Assembly: GCF_009914755.1 (NCBI RefSeq)
Contig: NC_060930.1
Direction: 5' to 3' (one strand)
DNA length: 64,000 nt
Origin: the human T2T-CHM13v2.0 reference genome, Homo sapiens
Part shown: positions 29,795-51,050 of the stretch, one piece after another
How positions within the stretch are numbered: the first letter of the stretch is position 1
How the letters are laid out: every line of letters begins with the position of its first letter
The notes under the pieces: model-generated
Seen by the model: the letters and a program-made list of their open reading frames with translations, nothing else
What the model was told of the DNA's origin: nothing
Databases searched by the model: none
Made by a program: the position numbers and the translations under genes

Positions 29795-30619
29795 ATATAA
29801 TACAGGAAGTTTACATCTGGGTGTTTATTGAAGGAAATTGAAAGTATATGTCAATACAAAATATACATATAGGGACCTTGTTATGTCCCTATACGTATAC
29901 TTTGTAAGGAAATATATGTCTATATGTTGTGGACATATGTTCACCACAGCTTTTTGTATTAGTATTAGTGAAAAAAAGGAAACAGCTCAAATGTCTGCCA
30001 ACAGGAGAATGGATAAACAAACTGTGGTATGTGCAAAAAGTGGAATACAACTCATCCATACAAAGGAATAAACTATTGAAACACACAACAGCATAGATGA
30101 ACTCAAGGTAATTATGCTGGACAAAAAGAGTACATTTTGTGCAATTCCATTTAGAATATTTAGAAATTGAAAACTAATATATAGTAACAGAGGCAGATTA
30201 GTTGTTGCCTGGTGAATGGGCAGGAGCCAAGGCAAGCGGTGAGAGGTGGAGGGAAAGACAATGGAAACCTTCAGGGGTGGTGGATATGTTCATTATCTTC
30301 TTTCTGTGAACCTCTGTGGATGCATAGGTATGTCAAAACTTATTTAATTGTATACTTTAAATACGTGCAGTTTGTGGTATGTCAATTACAGCTCGATAAA
30401 ACTGTTAAAATATTGTCATCATTCATGCTGACTTTTAATGACAATGTAAACTTACAGCTAAAAAATTAAGATTTCAAATCACTTATGTCATTGTGTCTTC
30501 ATTAAAAAAACAACATAATTTTTACTCAATTAGGAATGTTTCTCTTCTGGGACAAAATTCTCAACGGAAAGTTTTTATATACTGCATACAATTAAACAAT
30601 TATCAAAGAATAGTGTATA

Positions 30620-30830
30620 TTTATCATTTATTGAGGACTAACTCCATGCAAAACACAGTGTATATCTGATGAGCAACATTTCACCAATCCTCCTAACAAC
30701 CTAAGGAGATAGGCATTATTATCATCTCCATCCTCACAGTTTAAAAATACTGAAGCATGGAGCACTATCTTGCTTGCAGTGTCTCACCCAGCAACAGAAG
30801 AGCTAGGATTCAAACCTAGATCTGACTCCA
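30620..30830 (-). mobile_element. MIR
   Basis: catttattgaggactaact...cctaacaacctaaggagataggcattattatc...gctaggattcaaacctagatctgactcc. Confidence 0.7.
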
Positions 30831-32379
30831 GAGAGGTGACTACCCCCACTACACTATGTAATACAGTAGAGGCAAAAGAATCATTCAGCGATTCTCAGTT
30901 TTCAGGGAGTTATTTTGAAATCAGCAACTATGCCTTCACACACATTCATACACACAAAATCAATAAACTTCACTCCCACCAACTTTTTAAAAATTCATGG
31001 ACTCATTAATAATTTTTCCCTAGTGGGTCTTTAAGTGCTCTTCAGTGTTTATTGAAGCCATGTGCTTCACTTAAAATTATATAAGGCAGTACTACACAGC
31101 AGTTAAGAGTTTAGGAGCTAGTTTTCCAACTACAAGTTCAAATAGATTGGAAAAACGGATCTGAGATTTCTCTATCTACTCTGGAAGACTCCCACTCGTG
31201 AGCACACATCCACTTCATTTCTGGCTGTGAATTTCACTTTATTTCATAAACCATGCCATCATTATAATAGAATATTCAGGAAACAAATCATGTTATACCT
31301 ATCAATCTGTCAAACTACTAAAGTGTTTTATTTTTCAATTTTACCCCTCTAAATTTTATATTTTAGCTCTATGTTCTGGCTTCTTCTGGACTTAATTCTG
31401 CATACCTTCTGATGGATAAAGCATACAATTACTTTCATATGAACCAAAAAATGCTAGATAAATCTCTTTAATCTTAAAAAAAAAATCCATTGTTTGGATT
31501 CATAACCAGAATACCATGTAGCCACTTCATATCTGTGAAATCTTAAGCAAATTTTAAAATTTCTCTAAACATCTGTTTGCTGAATTGTTAAATGAGAATA
31601 TTTGAAAGTGTATTTCAGAGTGTCATGAATTAAATTGGTTCAAGATAGTGGCATGCAAAACTCTCTCTATTTTAAAAATAAGCAAACAAAATCCCTTTTT
31701 ATGTAGCAATGGAAAACTTTTTTAATTCTAAAAGACTCCTTTTCAAGGTATGTGAATTATTCATAAGAAATTAGAAAAGGGAGATCATTCCGTGTCAATT
31801 GGGTATTTCAAAGGATTTAAAGTATGCAAATGTTGACTTTTTTGCTGAATTTAGGAACTTGGGCTAAATGAAGTTGAATTGTTTGCAAATAAAGGCGAGG
31901 ACTAGGGAGGAAAAATTAGGGTGGCCTGAGACCATTATATGGGGAGAAGGTCAGTGGCAAGTGAAGATTAGAATTGGAGAATGAAAAAAGTTCTAGAGGC
32001 CTCTATAGACTGGTTTCAAAAAAAGTTAAAACTGCGTTGTGAATGATAGCCTCAGTGGTAGGGTAGTCAAAAACACTTTAAATAAATGTTTTAACTATTT
32101 GAAATAAAATTTAAAAGAATTGAAAGAGTTATGTAATATGTGCCATGTATGTGTGTGAGAGGGTAGTTTATCTGTTCTTTGTGATGAAGATTAGTAAGCA
32201 TAAGTCTTCCCCCATGACCCTAGATCTTTAAGTATTAATTTATATTCTGTTCATATTACAGTCTTATCAAAGACTAGGAAATAGTTATGTCGATTGTGTG
32301 GAGAATCTATGGAACACCTGTAAGTATAGAAGTGTTTAGGGAGTTGTCACTGTTTGGATTGAATCTAAGATACAGATAA

Positions 32380-32708
32380 ATAAAGAGCAATAAGTCAGAA
32401 CAAAGAATCAAAAGAAGCTTGAAGCCAACAAAGACAATGAGAATGAAAGGCTGATCCTCTGTCCAATCAGAGTTATAATGCCCTGGGTTTTAAAACAGAG
32501 TTAGGAGAGGTCTGATAATTTGTCTGGTAGCTCCTATTCTTATGGAGTTTCACAAGAGTGTGGTTTTTCTTGTAGTTATAGGAATTTAGAAATTTTCCAT
32601 GTCAGCCAGGCACTGAACCCTTGAACCATGGGTAACTTTTGTTTCTTTAACCTTCAGATCTATCTCAGTTGATAAAGGGGCAACTATTTTGGTCTGTCAA
32701 ACCATGCA
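32380..32708 (-). mobile_element. ERV1/MER4-group LTR fragment (MER72-like)
   Basis: tcctctgtccaatcagagtt...gtaacttttgtttctttaacc...gttgataaaggggcaactattttggtc. Confidence 0.5.
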
Positions 32709-32720
32709 CATATGTACATA

Positions 32721-33110
32721 TAGTTGACACTTGAATGCTTGAACAATGTAGGGGCTTAACTAATAATAGTCACTTAACAAATAAATGACTGGAAGCTTTT
32801 ATCAATCATGTAAACAGTTGATTAACACATATTATATGTGTTATACATGTTACATGTTGTATTCCCACAGTAAAATAAGGCAGGGAAAAGAAAATGTTAA
32901 GAAAACCGTAAGGAAGATAAAATATATTTACTATTTATTAAGTGGAAGTGGATTATCATGAAGGTCTTTATTCTCATCATCTTTATATTGAATAGGCTGA
33001 AGTGTAGAAAGAGTTGGTCTTGTTGTCTCAGGAGGTGACAGAGGTGAAAGAAAATCCACCTTTAAGTGGACCTGCACAATTTAAGACCATGCTGTTCAAG
33101 GGTCAACCAC
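32721..33110 (+). mobile_element. Tigger2-derived element (Tigger2a/b, MER8-like)
   Basis: Terminal inverted repeats tagttgacacttgaa... / ...tgttcaagggtcaacc; internal aagtggaagtggattatcatgaaggtc. Confidence 0.75.
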
Positions 33111-34052
33111 ATATTTCAAACATATATATCATTTTACAATATGTATTCCCTTCTGTCCTTTCTGTCTTGTATCTTTTGTCTATAATATCTATACCTTTAT
33201 ACCTTTTTGTCTTTATATTTTCTTTTCCACTAAAGACGTTAAGTCAGAAAATAATATCTAGATCATTAAAAATAAGGTTTTTTCTCTAATTCTGAGTTTA
33301 AAAACAACTAAAAACCAAATGAATGTTACCCATGATAAGAATATTAAAGTCAAAGATTTCCTGGGCCTCTTATGAAGGTCTAGTTTGATCCTTCTTTAGG
33401 ATGATGTCCTTTCTTCCATCTGCTTTTAAAATCCCAGTCGGAATGTGATCTCCAAAATCTTGTAGAATATATTGATTTCTGTTCTCATTCATGAGAAAAC
33501 AAACCTTCTGTAGCCTTTGCAGTATGGCTCCTTCACATGTAACTCAGGTTTGCTGAAAGCAAGCAGTCTGTTTCTTTCTACTGTCAGTCCAATACAGATT
33601 TTGCATCTGTTTTTAAAACAATGCTTTTATCTCCTCAAGTTTCTGCTGGGCTGCAGTTGTTTCATTACTCCTCAGATGATTTATGTATTTTCAATGTACA
33701 AATGCCTAGAGGCTAAGATAAATAGAGTTATTTTTATAGTAAAATTTGAAAAATATTTCAAGTATTGAAAAAGCAAAGCTTATTAGGTGCTCAAAATTAA
33801 AATGAATGTTTTCTCCACCATGCTATTTTTGCAAGGGATACAACAAGACATGTGAAGAGAAGATTTCTGATAAATATCCTACTTTGGCTCTTTATTCATA
33901 GCACATCAATTTCTAATATAAATACTAAGTCATTTACTATAACTATATTTTAGAAAAGAATAATCCTGAAAGTTATAGCCATCAGGCTGGGGTATATGAA
34001 TCCTAGGATATCTAGACCTCTACTCTTTAAAAGTTGAAAATAAATGTCAGCC

Positions 34053-34110
34053 AACACACACACCCACCCACTCACACACACACCCACCCACTCACACACA
34101 CACACACATA
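34053..34110. repeat. Compound (CA)n/(CACC)n repeat
   Basis: cacacacacccacccact twice, then (CA)n. Confidence 0.85.
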
Positions 34111-34799
34111 ACTAATACACATACGTTCCTATGATTTTTATTCTTTATGCAGAAAGGTCAGATTTCTGTGATTCATTGATATATTAACCAATTTTACTAT
34201 GACTACTATCATTATGTTAAAAATAAATCTCTATACATTGGTTTACTTCTTTGTTTTGATCAATTATAAGAGGATTTGATATTTTAATGTTCCAGGAGGC
34301 ATTTACTGCCTGTTGTGGTTGAAGAAGTCATTTCCCACATGCCACATTACTACCAGGCAAAGAGTAGATAACACCTATTCTTCCTAAGACTTATTTCTGA
34401 ACACATTAAAATATCATAAAGTGTTATCAATATTTCTAATCTTCTCAGTTTTGTAGCTATAGTATTAATCTCCTGTTAAGCTTAAATAACTGCTCCAAAT
34501 TTTTTGATAATGATTATATTTATAAAGACTACTTATTATCTATGTAATGTTACATGCGGCACACTTGAAACAAGTATATGTGAATTAGATCTGGTATAAA
34601 TATCAAAGTTGAAAGAATTTGAAGATAAAGTATTCTTATTTGGAACAGGCTAAAGATAATTACTACACTCTACTGGTTAAACTATTAATAGGCGAAGTCT
34701 GACAAAATGAGTGCCGCATAGCACTGAGTAGTGGAGAAGTGTTCTGGAAAGAACTAAGGTCAAACATGAGTTGCTGATGCACCTTATTACTTTCAGTAA

Positions 34800-36500
34800 T
34801 AGGTACAGCTTCTAATAGTGGTTCATAACCTGTATGAAGGTGATTAAAATAAGCATTCAGGCAATCAGCATGAGTTCTGATGAGGTATTCAGGGGCAATG
34901 AATAGAAGAGGAAAAAGACAGGGTCATGGTTGGGCCCTGGTGAACATGGATATGAAAGAGATGAGTAGGAAAAAAATCCATTGAAAGTACCTTAATAGAA
35001 GCCAGATATGTAGCAGAAAAACAGAAGAAAATGTTTTAAGGAAGTAAAATAATGGGAGATGTTAGAGACAAGAAAGGCCATGGTGGAAAGGGCAGTTTTA
35101 TAGATTGGTGTGGGCAGAAGCAAGAACACAGTGGACTAAGGTATAAATGGGAGGTGATGAAATGAACACAGCGCTGATTAATCATTTTAAAAACCTGCCT
35201 TAAGAAAACAAGTCACCAAACAGAAGGGACTGTAAGTCAGGAAAAATTGTTTTATTTTGTTTTTAATATTGAACAGACTTTTTTTGCCTGCATCAAAAAA
35301 ATCCATTGAAGAGACAAAGGCTGATGATGCAGGTTTGAGAAGATGTGATTGATGGAGCAAGGTATTTGAGTTGTGTAAAGGATGCAAAACAAAGCCTCTA
35401 CATGCAGGGATTTGCTTTGTATAGGAGATGGCATACCACTCCCGCCGATTAAGAAAGGGAGTTGGAAAATGAACAAGCTAATGGCTGCTCATTTGTAAAG
35501 ATCAGAGAAGACAATCAAGAAACCTCTTGATTTAATTATCTTAATGAGGTAGGAATCAAATTTGGCCTGAGGATGAGAGAGCAGCTTGCAGGGCAGGGGG
35601 TGTTGAAGGGAACTTTTAGTCTGAAAGAATTGTTTATGGCAATGAGAGAGAAATGTGGCTAAGGGATTTGTCAGAGGATCTGTGGGTAGTACTGAAATTG
35701 CACATGTGATTGGAGAGTAGGAATTCACATTGGCTTCCATATGCAATGGTGGGGGTGGGGTGGGGTTTCTCCAGGCACGCTCAGTGAACCAGGTGAAGAT
35801 GAAACCAAGTCAGGACGTTGTGTCAATGAAAAGTAGTTACAGTGGAGCAAAAATGAGGTCAGGTATTTAGGATACTAGAGAGAAAGATTTTATTTTTCAC
35901 AGTTGAGTGATTATATAATTTATCCAAACTGAGAAATACTTGAGAGTGAAAGAAGGCAATGGCCAAACAAGATACTGGAACAGGAATAAACTTTTATCAC
36001 TAAGCAAACCGGGATAAATGGAAATCATGTTCATAGTAAATAAAATAAAATGTTTAAGAGACCATACAGATTGGGAGAAAATGTGTTGTAAATGGTCTAA
36101 ATCTAGGTAATATTGGAAAAAAACTAGATTATAAATAAGAGAGTAAAAACCCTGGAAGTGTCCAGTAACATCCTAAAAAAAATGGGCTGTAGGAGTTTAG
36201 ATCTCAGAAGTTTAATAGATACTGTGACTCTAGTTAATGAAACAATTTAGTGTTACTGGAGTGAAGAAAGTGAGAAATTCACTGGGGTTCATAAAGTCAC
36301 AGTGGTCTAAGGTTAAAGTGGGGATGTTTATTTTCCCACTCACTTTTAAATCGTTCTGGAAGATAGTGGAATTAATGGAGGAGAGAAAGTTTATAAGCCA
36401 GGGGCCATAGTCCTTAAAGAATGTGATGGAAGGAGTTTGAGAGAGGTCAGCCTGTAACAAGGATAAGGTCTGGGTGGCATGAGGCTCAATGAAGAGAGTT
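34800..36500 (-). mobile_element. Decayed L2 fragments (a MER81-like insert at ~35903-36030)
   Basis: Purine-rich L2-like tract; ttatataatttatccaaactgag...gagagtgaaag...aaaccgggat resembles MER81. Confidence 0.45.
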
Positions 36501-38361
36501 TTATAAGAGGGCACAAGAGGTTTAGTAATGGCTATTAAGAAAATGAACACATTTGGCTGTCATTGCTTCATGCTATTAAGTATTCAAATCACCTTTGCTC
36601 CATACTCATCTAAAAACTTTGATTATAATTTTACTTTCAGTGCCTAAGAAAGATAATTCACTGTGTTAACAGTATCATCAATGTTCTATGTATCAGTTAT
36701 AATCCTCATTTAAGTTTGACTTCTTCATATTTTGATTTTGATTAATTAGAGTTCATCCATAGAGGACAATCTATTCTTGCTCTGCCAGCTAAAACAAAAT
36801 GTGATACCTACAAAAGCGTCACACTTTACACTTGGGGAGAAGTTTTGAGGCTCTACATCATGACACCCTCACTTACTTACATATTCATTTTAAACATCAA
36901 TAGAAGTTAAAATTGAGGGCAAAGTATATTCACATTTTCTTTGCTGACATTACAAATATCTAGTTTCTTCACTGTTCATCTATGATTTTAATAGAGAAAA
37001 ATTCAATTGCACATAATCCTAAGTTTTACATTTCATTTCTTTCTACTATTACTGAAAGGAGTAAATAGCTACTAGCATTTACAAAATTCCTTAACATATC
37101 CCTAGTAAGATAAGGCTTTAACAAGAGAATATTGGATGTGAAAACACTATTTTCATCTTTCTATTTATCATACATTTTTTTATTATGCTGAAATTGTAGC
37201 ATGCAGTAGGTAGTAGCCTTTTATGAAATCTTGGAAAACTTTGCTTGCATCAAATATTATAACACAGTGACCTGCAAGTATAGTAATTATAATTAATTAG
37301 CCTATCCAAAATTTTAAATTAGGTTGATTATGTGAGAGTGTGGAAATTATACCAAGTTATAGCAGACCAAAAGTAACAAAAAATGTTATCTTAACTTTTA
37401 ATAAACATACAAATTGTTTAAATAATTGCTATAGCAATTTTGGCATTAATATCAATTTAATTATATAAAGTGTGTTGATACTTAATACAGTAGCAGAGTA
37501 AATCTCCCCTTCGTACTTGCATTTTCTTGTTTTTTCCTGAGGTAGGCTCATTCATGAGAATTTTGGTTTTCTTCTTCTCCTCTCTTCACTCTGAGGCCTT
37601 TCAGTAGATTTAAAAATTAACTTTTTAAACTTCTCTTCTGGAAATAGCATCAAGCTTCCAAATTTCATCACATTTACATAGTCCCTCTAAATTCATTTTA
37701 CAAACCCTGGCAATCTAAAATTCTTCAGAAGTAGTCAACCACATGACTAGCAATTTATAAAGATGATACTGTATAATCTTAAATGTTAGCTAGCTTTAAA
37801 TTGCATCCTCAGCAAATTTTGCTAAATATTCTTTTCAATCACATGACACAAGTTTGTTATCGAAGATTTTACCCATTGGAACACAGATTTTTACAGGGAG
37901 CTTTAAACCATCAGGGTAATAGAGTCTGACTATACAGATTTTACACGAAAAAGTTCAGTGCTTTCTCAGTCATGGAAAAATACAGAACCCAAAACACACT
38001 TCAGGAATCATAGGATCACACCAGTCTGTTCTTTCATGTTAATGAGAAGTTGCAGCTGTTTGTTTGCTGATCCTTTAAATTACTGTGCTGAGTTTAAAAA
38101 AGGAGAGCATAACTTTTCCTGTAAATACAAGCTTGCTCAATTTTTGACGGTATAGATATCTATAAGAGAAAGGAAAAAAGTTGATAAAAATGGTAGTACC
38201 TAAAAGGAACCAGTTCAAAGAAAAAGGAAAACTTTGACATATATTCTCCAACCTGATTTAGATATGCCTCTTATTTTATTCTGCTTTCCTCCCCAAGCTT
38301 CAGATATCACAAGGCTTTCAGTCTTAATTTTCTCTTATTTCTTTTAAATACTCTTTCCCTC

Positions 38362-38463
38362 CAAACTCTACATGTCTCTGTGTTGGGTTGAAGTTTTCTT
38401 TCAAATTCTAGATGTCTCTGTGTTGGTTGAAGTTTTCTTTCAAACTCTAGATGTCTCTGTGTT
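38362..38463. repeat. 39-40 bp tandem repeat, ~2.6 copies
   Basis: caaa(c/t)tcta(c/g)atgtctctgtgttgg(g)ttgaagttttcttt units start at 38362, 38402 and 38441. Confidence 0.92.
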
Positions 38464-38587
38464 CACTCATTCATAGAATATCACTTATGATTCTATGAGT
38501 TTTATCACTTATGATACTCTATGAGAGAACAAGCCAAGGGCAAAATAGTGGTCATTTTATTATCTCTTTGGTAAAGTATGTTAATAA

Positions 38588-38763
38588 GTAGTTCTCTAAG
38601 TGTGAGCTTTGGACTAGTAGCACTGACATCTCCTGGGAAATAAAAATTCTAGATACCATCTCATGTGTATTGAATCAGAAATTCTGAGCACAGAGTCCGG
38701 CAGTCTATGTTTTAACGAGCCTTCCAGGTGATGCTGGTGTAAGCTAAAATTCAAAAAAACCTG
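38588..38763. mobile_element. MER5A (hAT-Charlie)
   Basis: tagttctctaagtgtg...tgaatcagaaattctg...gttttaacgagccttccaggtgatgctg. Confidence 0.75.
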
Positions 38764-39457
38764 TTTAAAGATATGTTACTAGTTATTGGTAGTTTAAGAT
38801 ATAGAAGTTCTTATTTGAAATTACAGGAAATTGTTAACAATTGTTACCTCTGGAGATAAGAATGTAAAAAGAAAGAATCATTCCCTTCCTTTACTTTTCA
38901 AATTTTCTAACAATGCACAATTAGTATTTTTATATTTATTCCATCAGGACTTGTCTATATGAGACAATGGCTCATTTTCTTGTTTGCATTTTTGTAATTT
39001 CTTACATATATAAAAATACAAGTAATAAATATTATTTTTTAAATGCACGAACTGAATTTTGCTCTTCTTGGAGCATTTCTTCATTCTAGCAATCAATCTT
39101 GCTATATTTGTAAGTGCTTATATTGTGCCAGGAACTATGCTGACTCCCTGAGTAAGAAAACAAAAACATGAATAAGATATAATGTTTTTTGCTAAGACAC
39201 TCACTCCAAAATCTACTTGAGGAGAGAAATATAGATATTAGCAAAATTGTCCACAGTGAGAAAACCTAAGTCCTGGTCTTCCACTCTTTGTTCGTTAAAA
39301 GTCTGCACTGAAATTTAAATGTGTTTACTTCATCAATTTTCCCAAAAGGATTTGAGTTATGTTAGACATAAACAATATTAATAAACTACAATGTCAGGAC
39401 CATGGAAAGGAAGATAAACAAAAATGCTAACCCCATAGACTCATTATTTTCATCATA

Positions 39458-39758
39458 ATAATTATTGTTATTTTTAGATACAAGATCTTGCTCTGTCACC
39501 CAGGCTGGAGTGCAGTGGCGTGGTCATAGCTCCCTATAAACTGAACTCCTGGGGACAAGCAATCCTTCCACCTCAGTCCCCTGAATAGCTGAACTACAGG
39601 AATGAGCCACAACATCTGGTTATTTCTCAACAATTTTCTGTAGAGACAGAGTCTTGCTATGTTGCCCAGACTGGTCTCAAACTCCTGGCCTCAGGGAATC
39701 CTCCTGTGTCACCCTCCCAAAGCACTGGGATTACATATACGAGCCACTGTGCTTGGCT
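39458..39758 (-). mobile_element. AluJ
   Basis: Diverged antisense Alu. Confidence 0.88.
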
Positions 39759-39935
39759 TAGACTTATTTTTTATGCTTTAAAAAAACATTCCTTAAGCAC
39801 CTATTTTGTGCCAAACACTATGCTATGCACTGAGGACTCATGAAATATTTATTAGTAAGGCAATTTTTTTCTAGGAGGCGTGATAGACATCTAAGTCAAT
39901 TTAAGAATAATTATTTTTTAAAATCCTGAGGATGA

Positions 39936-40240
39936 GGCTAGGTACAGTGGCTTATGCCTGCAATCTTGGCGATTCATGAGGCCAAGGTGGAAGGACTGCT
40001 TGATGCCAAGAACTCAAGACCAGCCTTGGCAACCTAGCAAGGCTCTTTCTCTACAAACAAAATGGAAAAATAGCTGGGTATGGTGGTGCATGACTTTAGT
40101 CCCAACTACTCTGGAGGCTTTGGTGGGAGTATCGCTTGAGCCCAGGCGTTCAAGGTTACAGTGAGCTATCGTTGCTCTGCTACACTCCAACTTGTCTCAA
40201 AAAAAAAAAAAAAAAAAAAAGGACAAAAATAAAAGTAAAA
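39936..40240 (+). mobile_element. AluJ
   Basis: Diverged Alu with poly(A); TSD aaaatcctgag(g/a)atga. Confidence 0.88.
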
Positions 40241-41084
40241 TCCTGAGAATGAAATTTTAACAGAATGCAAACATGATGAAATTTAGAGACAAAGGGAAGG
40301 AACTTTGAATTTTTCTGGGAATATGATTCTCTTTAATATCTATCTAATTAATTTTATTTCCTAGTTTTCAAAATAGTAAATCACATTAATAGATATAGAA
40401 TATAACTGTGCTTACATAATTCACAAGCAACTTCTACTGAATAGTTTTGCATATTTTTTGCTCTATTTTCCTATTCATTTTTCTTTCATAGTTGAGTTTG
40501 TTTCATCCAAAATGTTTATAATAATTTTTTAGTTAATGCATAATAATTTTCTAATTATTTTTTCCTGATGTCTTTTAAAATGGCTAAATAATATCGTATC
40601 ATAACTTCTCAATATATTTCACGACCTCATAGTTTGGACATTTTATTTCATCTTTGATATACCACCATTAAAATCCCTAAAATGATTGTCTCTGACAGGA
40701 ATCCTCCAGTATATTTACATTTGTTCTCTAGATAATTTATTTGCAAGATTAAAAGGCATAAAATTTTTAAGGTTCTTGATAAATACAGTTGTGTTGCCTT
40801 ATAAAACAATGCATGCTGTTAAAGAATCAATTTTTTGTTCTGCAAATCATGCCAGATAGGGAAGAAATAGTAATATCTATCTTCCAATTATAAAATGAAA
40901 CAAGTGGACTAGTTTTTGAGAATAAAAAAGTATTTTCTTGACCTTAACACTAGAATACATTTCTTATTCTGAGAAAATTAAATAAAATATGAATTAAAAA
41001 CATGAACAATGTATTTAGCAGCAGTTTTAAGGGAACTTAAGAATTAGTTCATGTGGCAACTTCAATATAACACCATTTCTACAT

Positions 41085-41420
41085 GCGTAAAATCAGGCAT
41101 CCGGATGCCAGGAATTAAGTCCCACTTCTTCCACCAGGATATGATGTTATTTAAGTAAATTATTGAATTTCTCTGAGTCTCAGTTTCCTAATTTGTAAAG
41201 TAGGATTAATATGCATTTTTTTCAAAAGGTGTCTCAGAGGATTAAATTAAAAAGTGTGTATTATTAACTTAGCAATGAGTGCAGGCATATGAAGAACTCA
41301 ATAAAGGTTAACTGTCTTGATTACTGATGGCCTTTGATAAAGCTACACATCAGGTAAAATTATTTTTCTATGTCTCAGTTTCTTTTTATAAAGAATGGTT
41401 TATATTAGCATATTTCCTAA
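41085..41420 (+). mobile_element. MIR fragments
   Basis: MIR core ctctgagtctcagtttcctaatttgtaaagtagg, with a second core at ~41370. Confidence 0.7.
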
Positions 41421-41424
41421 CCTC

Positions 41425-42602
41425 TGTGGTAGGCAGCTTCTGAAATGGCTCCCAATGAGCCCTGCCTCCTGATGTTCAATTCTTTGTATAATCTAATGCC
41501 CTCGAGCACACCCTGGACCTAGTGACTTGCTTATAGCTAATAAAAGTGAAGCAAAAATAAAAGGTATCACTTCTGAAATTAGGTTATACAAGCCTGTGGC
41601 TTCCCTCTTCCTCATATTGTCATGTCCTCTCAGTTGCTTGCTTTGATAAAGCCATTTGCTCTATTGTGAGCTGTCTTAAGGAAAAGGTCACATGTAAAAA
41701 AACCAAAGGCAGCCTCTGAGAAATTGAGGTTCCCCCATCCAATACCCTATGAGGAATTGAGCCCTGTAGCAATCATGTCCATGACCTTGGAAGCTGATCT
41801 TGGCTGAAGTCCCAGCCAACACCTTTACTTCTGCTTCATTAAAGACCCTGAGCTAAGTCCTACTTGGATTACTGACATACAGAAATGATGAGATTATAAA
41901 TATTACTGTTTTATCAATTGAGGAAAATGATGAGATAAGTCTCAATCATTTTGGGAGGTTTATTTGCCAGTTAAAGATGCATGCCTAGGAGACAGGTCTA
42001 TGCTTCTCTCTGAAGATGATTTTGAGGGCTCCAAATTTAAAAGGGAAAAGGAGGGATATTGAGAAGTACACAATTTTCCTGTAAGAAAAGGGTAGGGAAA
42101 TATAGTCATTCATGCCTTTGGCTCAAGTGAATCTGTTTTGTTTTTTTTTTTTTTTTAATAAAACAAGATGGCATAGACAAATGGGGCAGAGGAAAAATGT
42201 AAGGAATCTTCCTTTTACATAAGAATACAGACAAAATGGGGAAGGAGAACAATCATATATTCATTTGCGTCTGGTGGGCTGGGGGTGACTGCATCTATAA
42301 AGATAAGCTATCAATTTACATTGTCATGGTGAAATTTTAATAGAAACACCTTAGAGTAAAGATCTTGCAGCTCACTAGGTATTCTCTTATGGACCAATAT
42401 GGGGCAGGCATACAGATTTTCATCTTGTAGCCATTTCATTTAGGAACCAAAAAGGGGGAGGCAGTTTGCATGTCCCCAGTTCTCACCTTGACTTTTCCCT
42501 TTGGCTTAATGAGTTTGAGGTCCAAAGATTTAATTTCCTTTCACATTTCTAAACAGATAAAGTTAGGGATCATTTGTTACACAGCAATAGATAACAAATA
42601 TA
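41425..42602 (+). mobile_element. MLT1E/F-type LTR, interrupted by MER4A
   Basis: tgtggtaggcagcttctgaaatggctccc...; the 3' end resumes after the insert (atttgttacacagcaatagataacaaata). Confidence 0.78.
41919..42545 (-). mobile_element. MER4A-type ERV1 LTR
   Basis: Minus strand starts tgtgaaaggaaattaaatctttggacc...aagggaaaagtcaag. Confidence 0.8.
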
Positions 42603-42734
42603 ACTATCTCCAGCTCTAGAGTTTCATGAATACTAATGATTAAGGACAATCCTTTTGACTTTTATATTTTCTAAATTATATGTATTTGAGTGTCTGGATA
42701 AGAACCTCTTTATTATATATTTAAAAAAGTATTT

Positions 42735-50345
<7,611 letters not shown>

Positions 50346-50906
50346 GAAATTACTTGAGTTTACCACACAGGTATTTAGATACATTTGTTAAAAACTTTGA
50401 GAGTTAGTTCCTGCAGATATTAGCATTTAATTATAATGATTACATTGTTACTTTACATTTTAAAATCTATTTTATTTGTTCCCTAATCTATGTTAATATA
50501 TTATTCCAGTACCCATATTTAAGTTCTTCTGAGACTAAACCTAGTGCTTTTAATTATTCTGAAAGAACATTGCAAAATTTTAAAATTTTTAAAAATTAAT
50601 TTATACTCACATTAATTATAAAAAGAAAGAAAATTAAAAAAGGCAAAGAAGGTGAAATTCAATGTCATTGAAGCAGTTATAGATTACTTGAGTAATAATT
50701 TTAAACTATATTTATAGTCATTAAATATCAAAAATATTGTCCTTTAATATAGAAAATTCTTAAATGCAGTAGTTAATATTAATTTTAACAATTTCTCTCT
50801 GGATCATAAAATATGTTTAGCAGCAACCAAAATGTAACCTTTTAAAGTTTGAAAAACATACACATTTACCGGATTTTTAAATTTTTCATAAGTTAATAAA
50901 TATAGA

Positions 50907-51050
50907 TTTAAACAATAGAAAATGGCTATTTTACAATTTTGGCCCAGAAAAAGATCCTTGCAAAAATCACAATTTTGGATGAATTTTGACATTAGACAAA
51001 GTGAAACACATTAATAAACCATTTGGCGAAGAGGAACAAAGAATTCTGTG
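50907..51050 (+). repeat. Left arm of a 144-bp inverted duplication
   Basis: Reverse complement of 52553-52696 with 5 mismatches and no gaps. Confidence 0.95.

Larger units (their letters stand above)
28130..30412 (+). mobile_element. Old L1M 3' region, interrupted by a microsatellite and two solo LTRs
   Basis: aaagaatgaaaagacaagctaccaattgggagaaaatattt...gtatgtcaattacagctcgataaaactg. L1 sequence resumes at 29117-29147 and at 29795. Confidence 0.8.

Noticed and set aside
38362-38463. Possible CRISPR-like array
   Set aside because: Units are head-to-tail with no unique spacers, in eukaryotic DNA with no cas genes.
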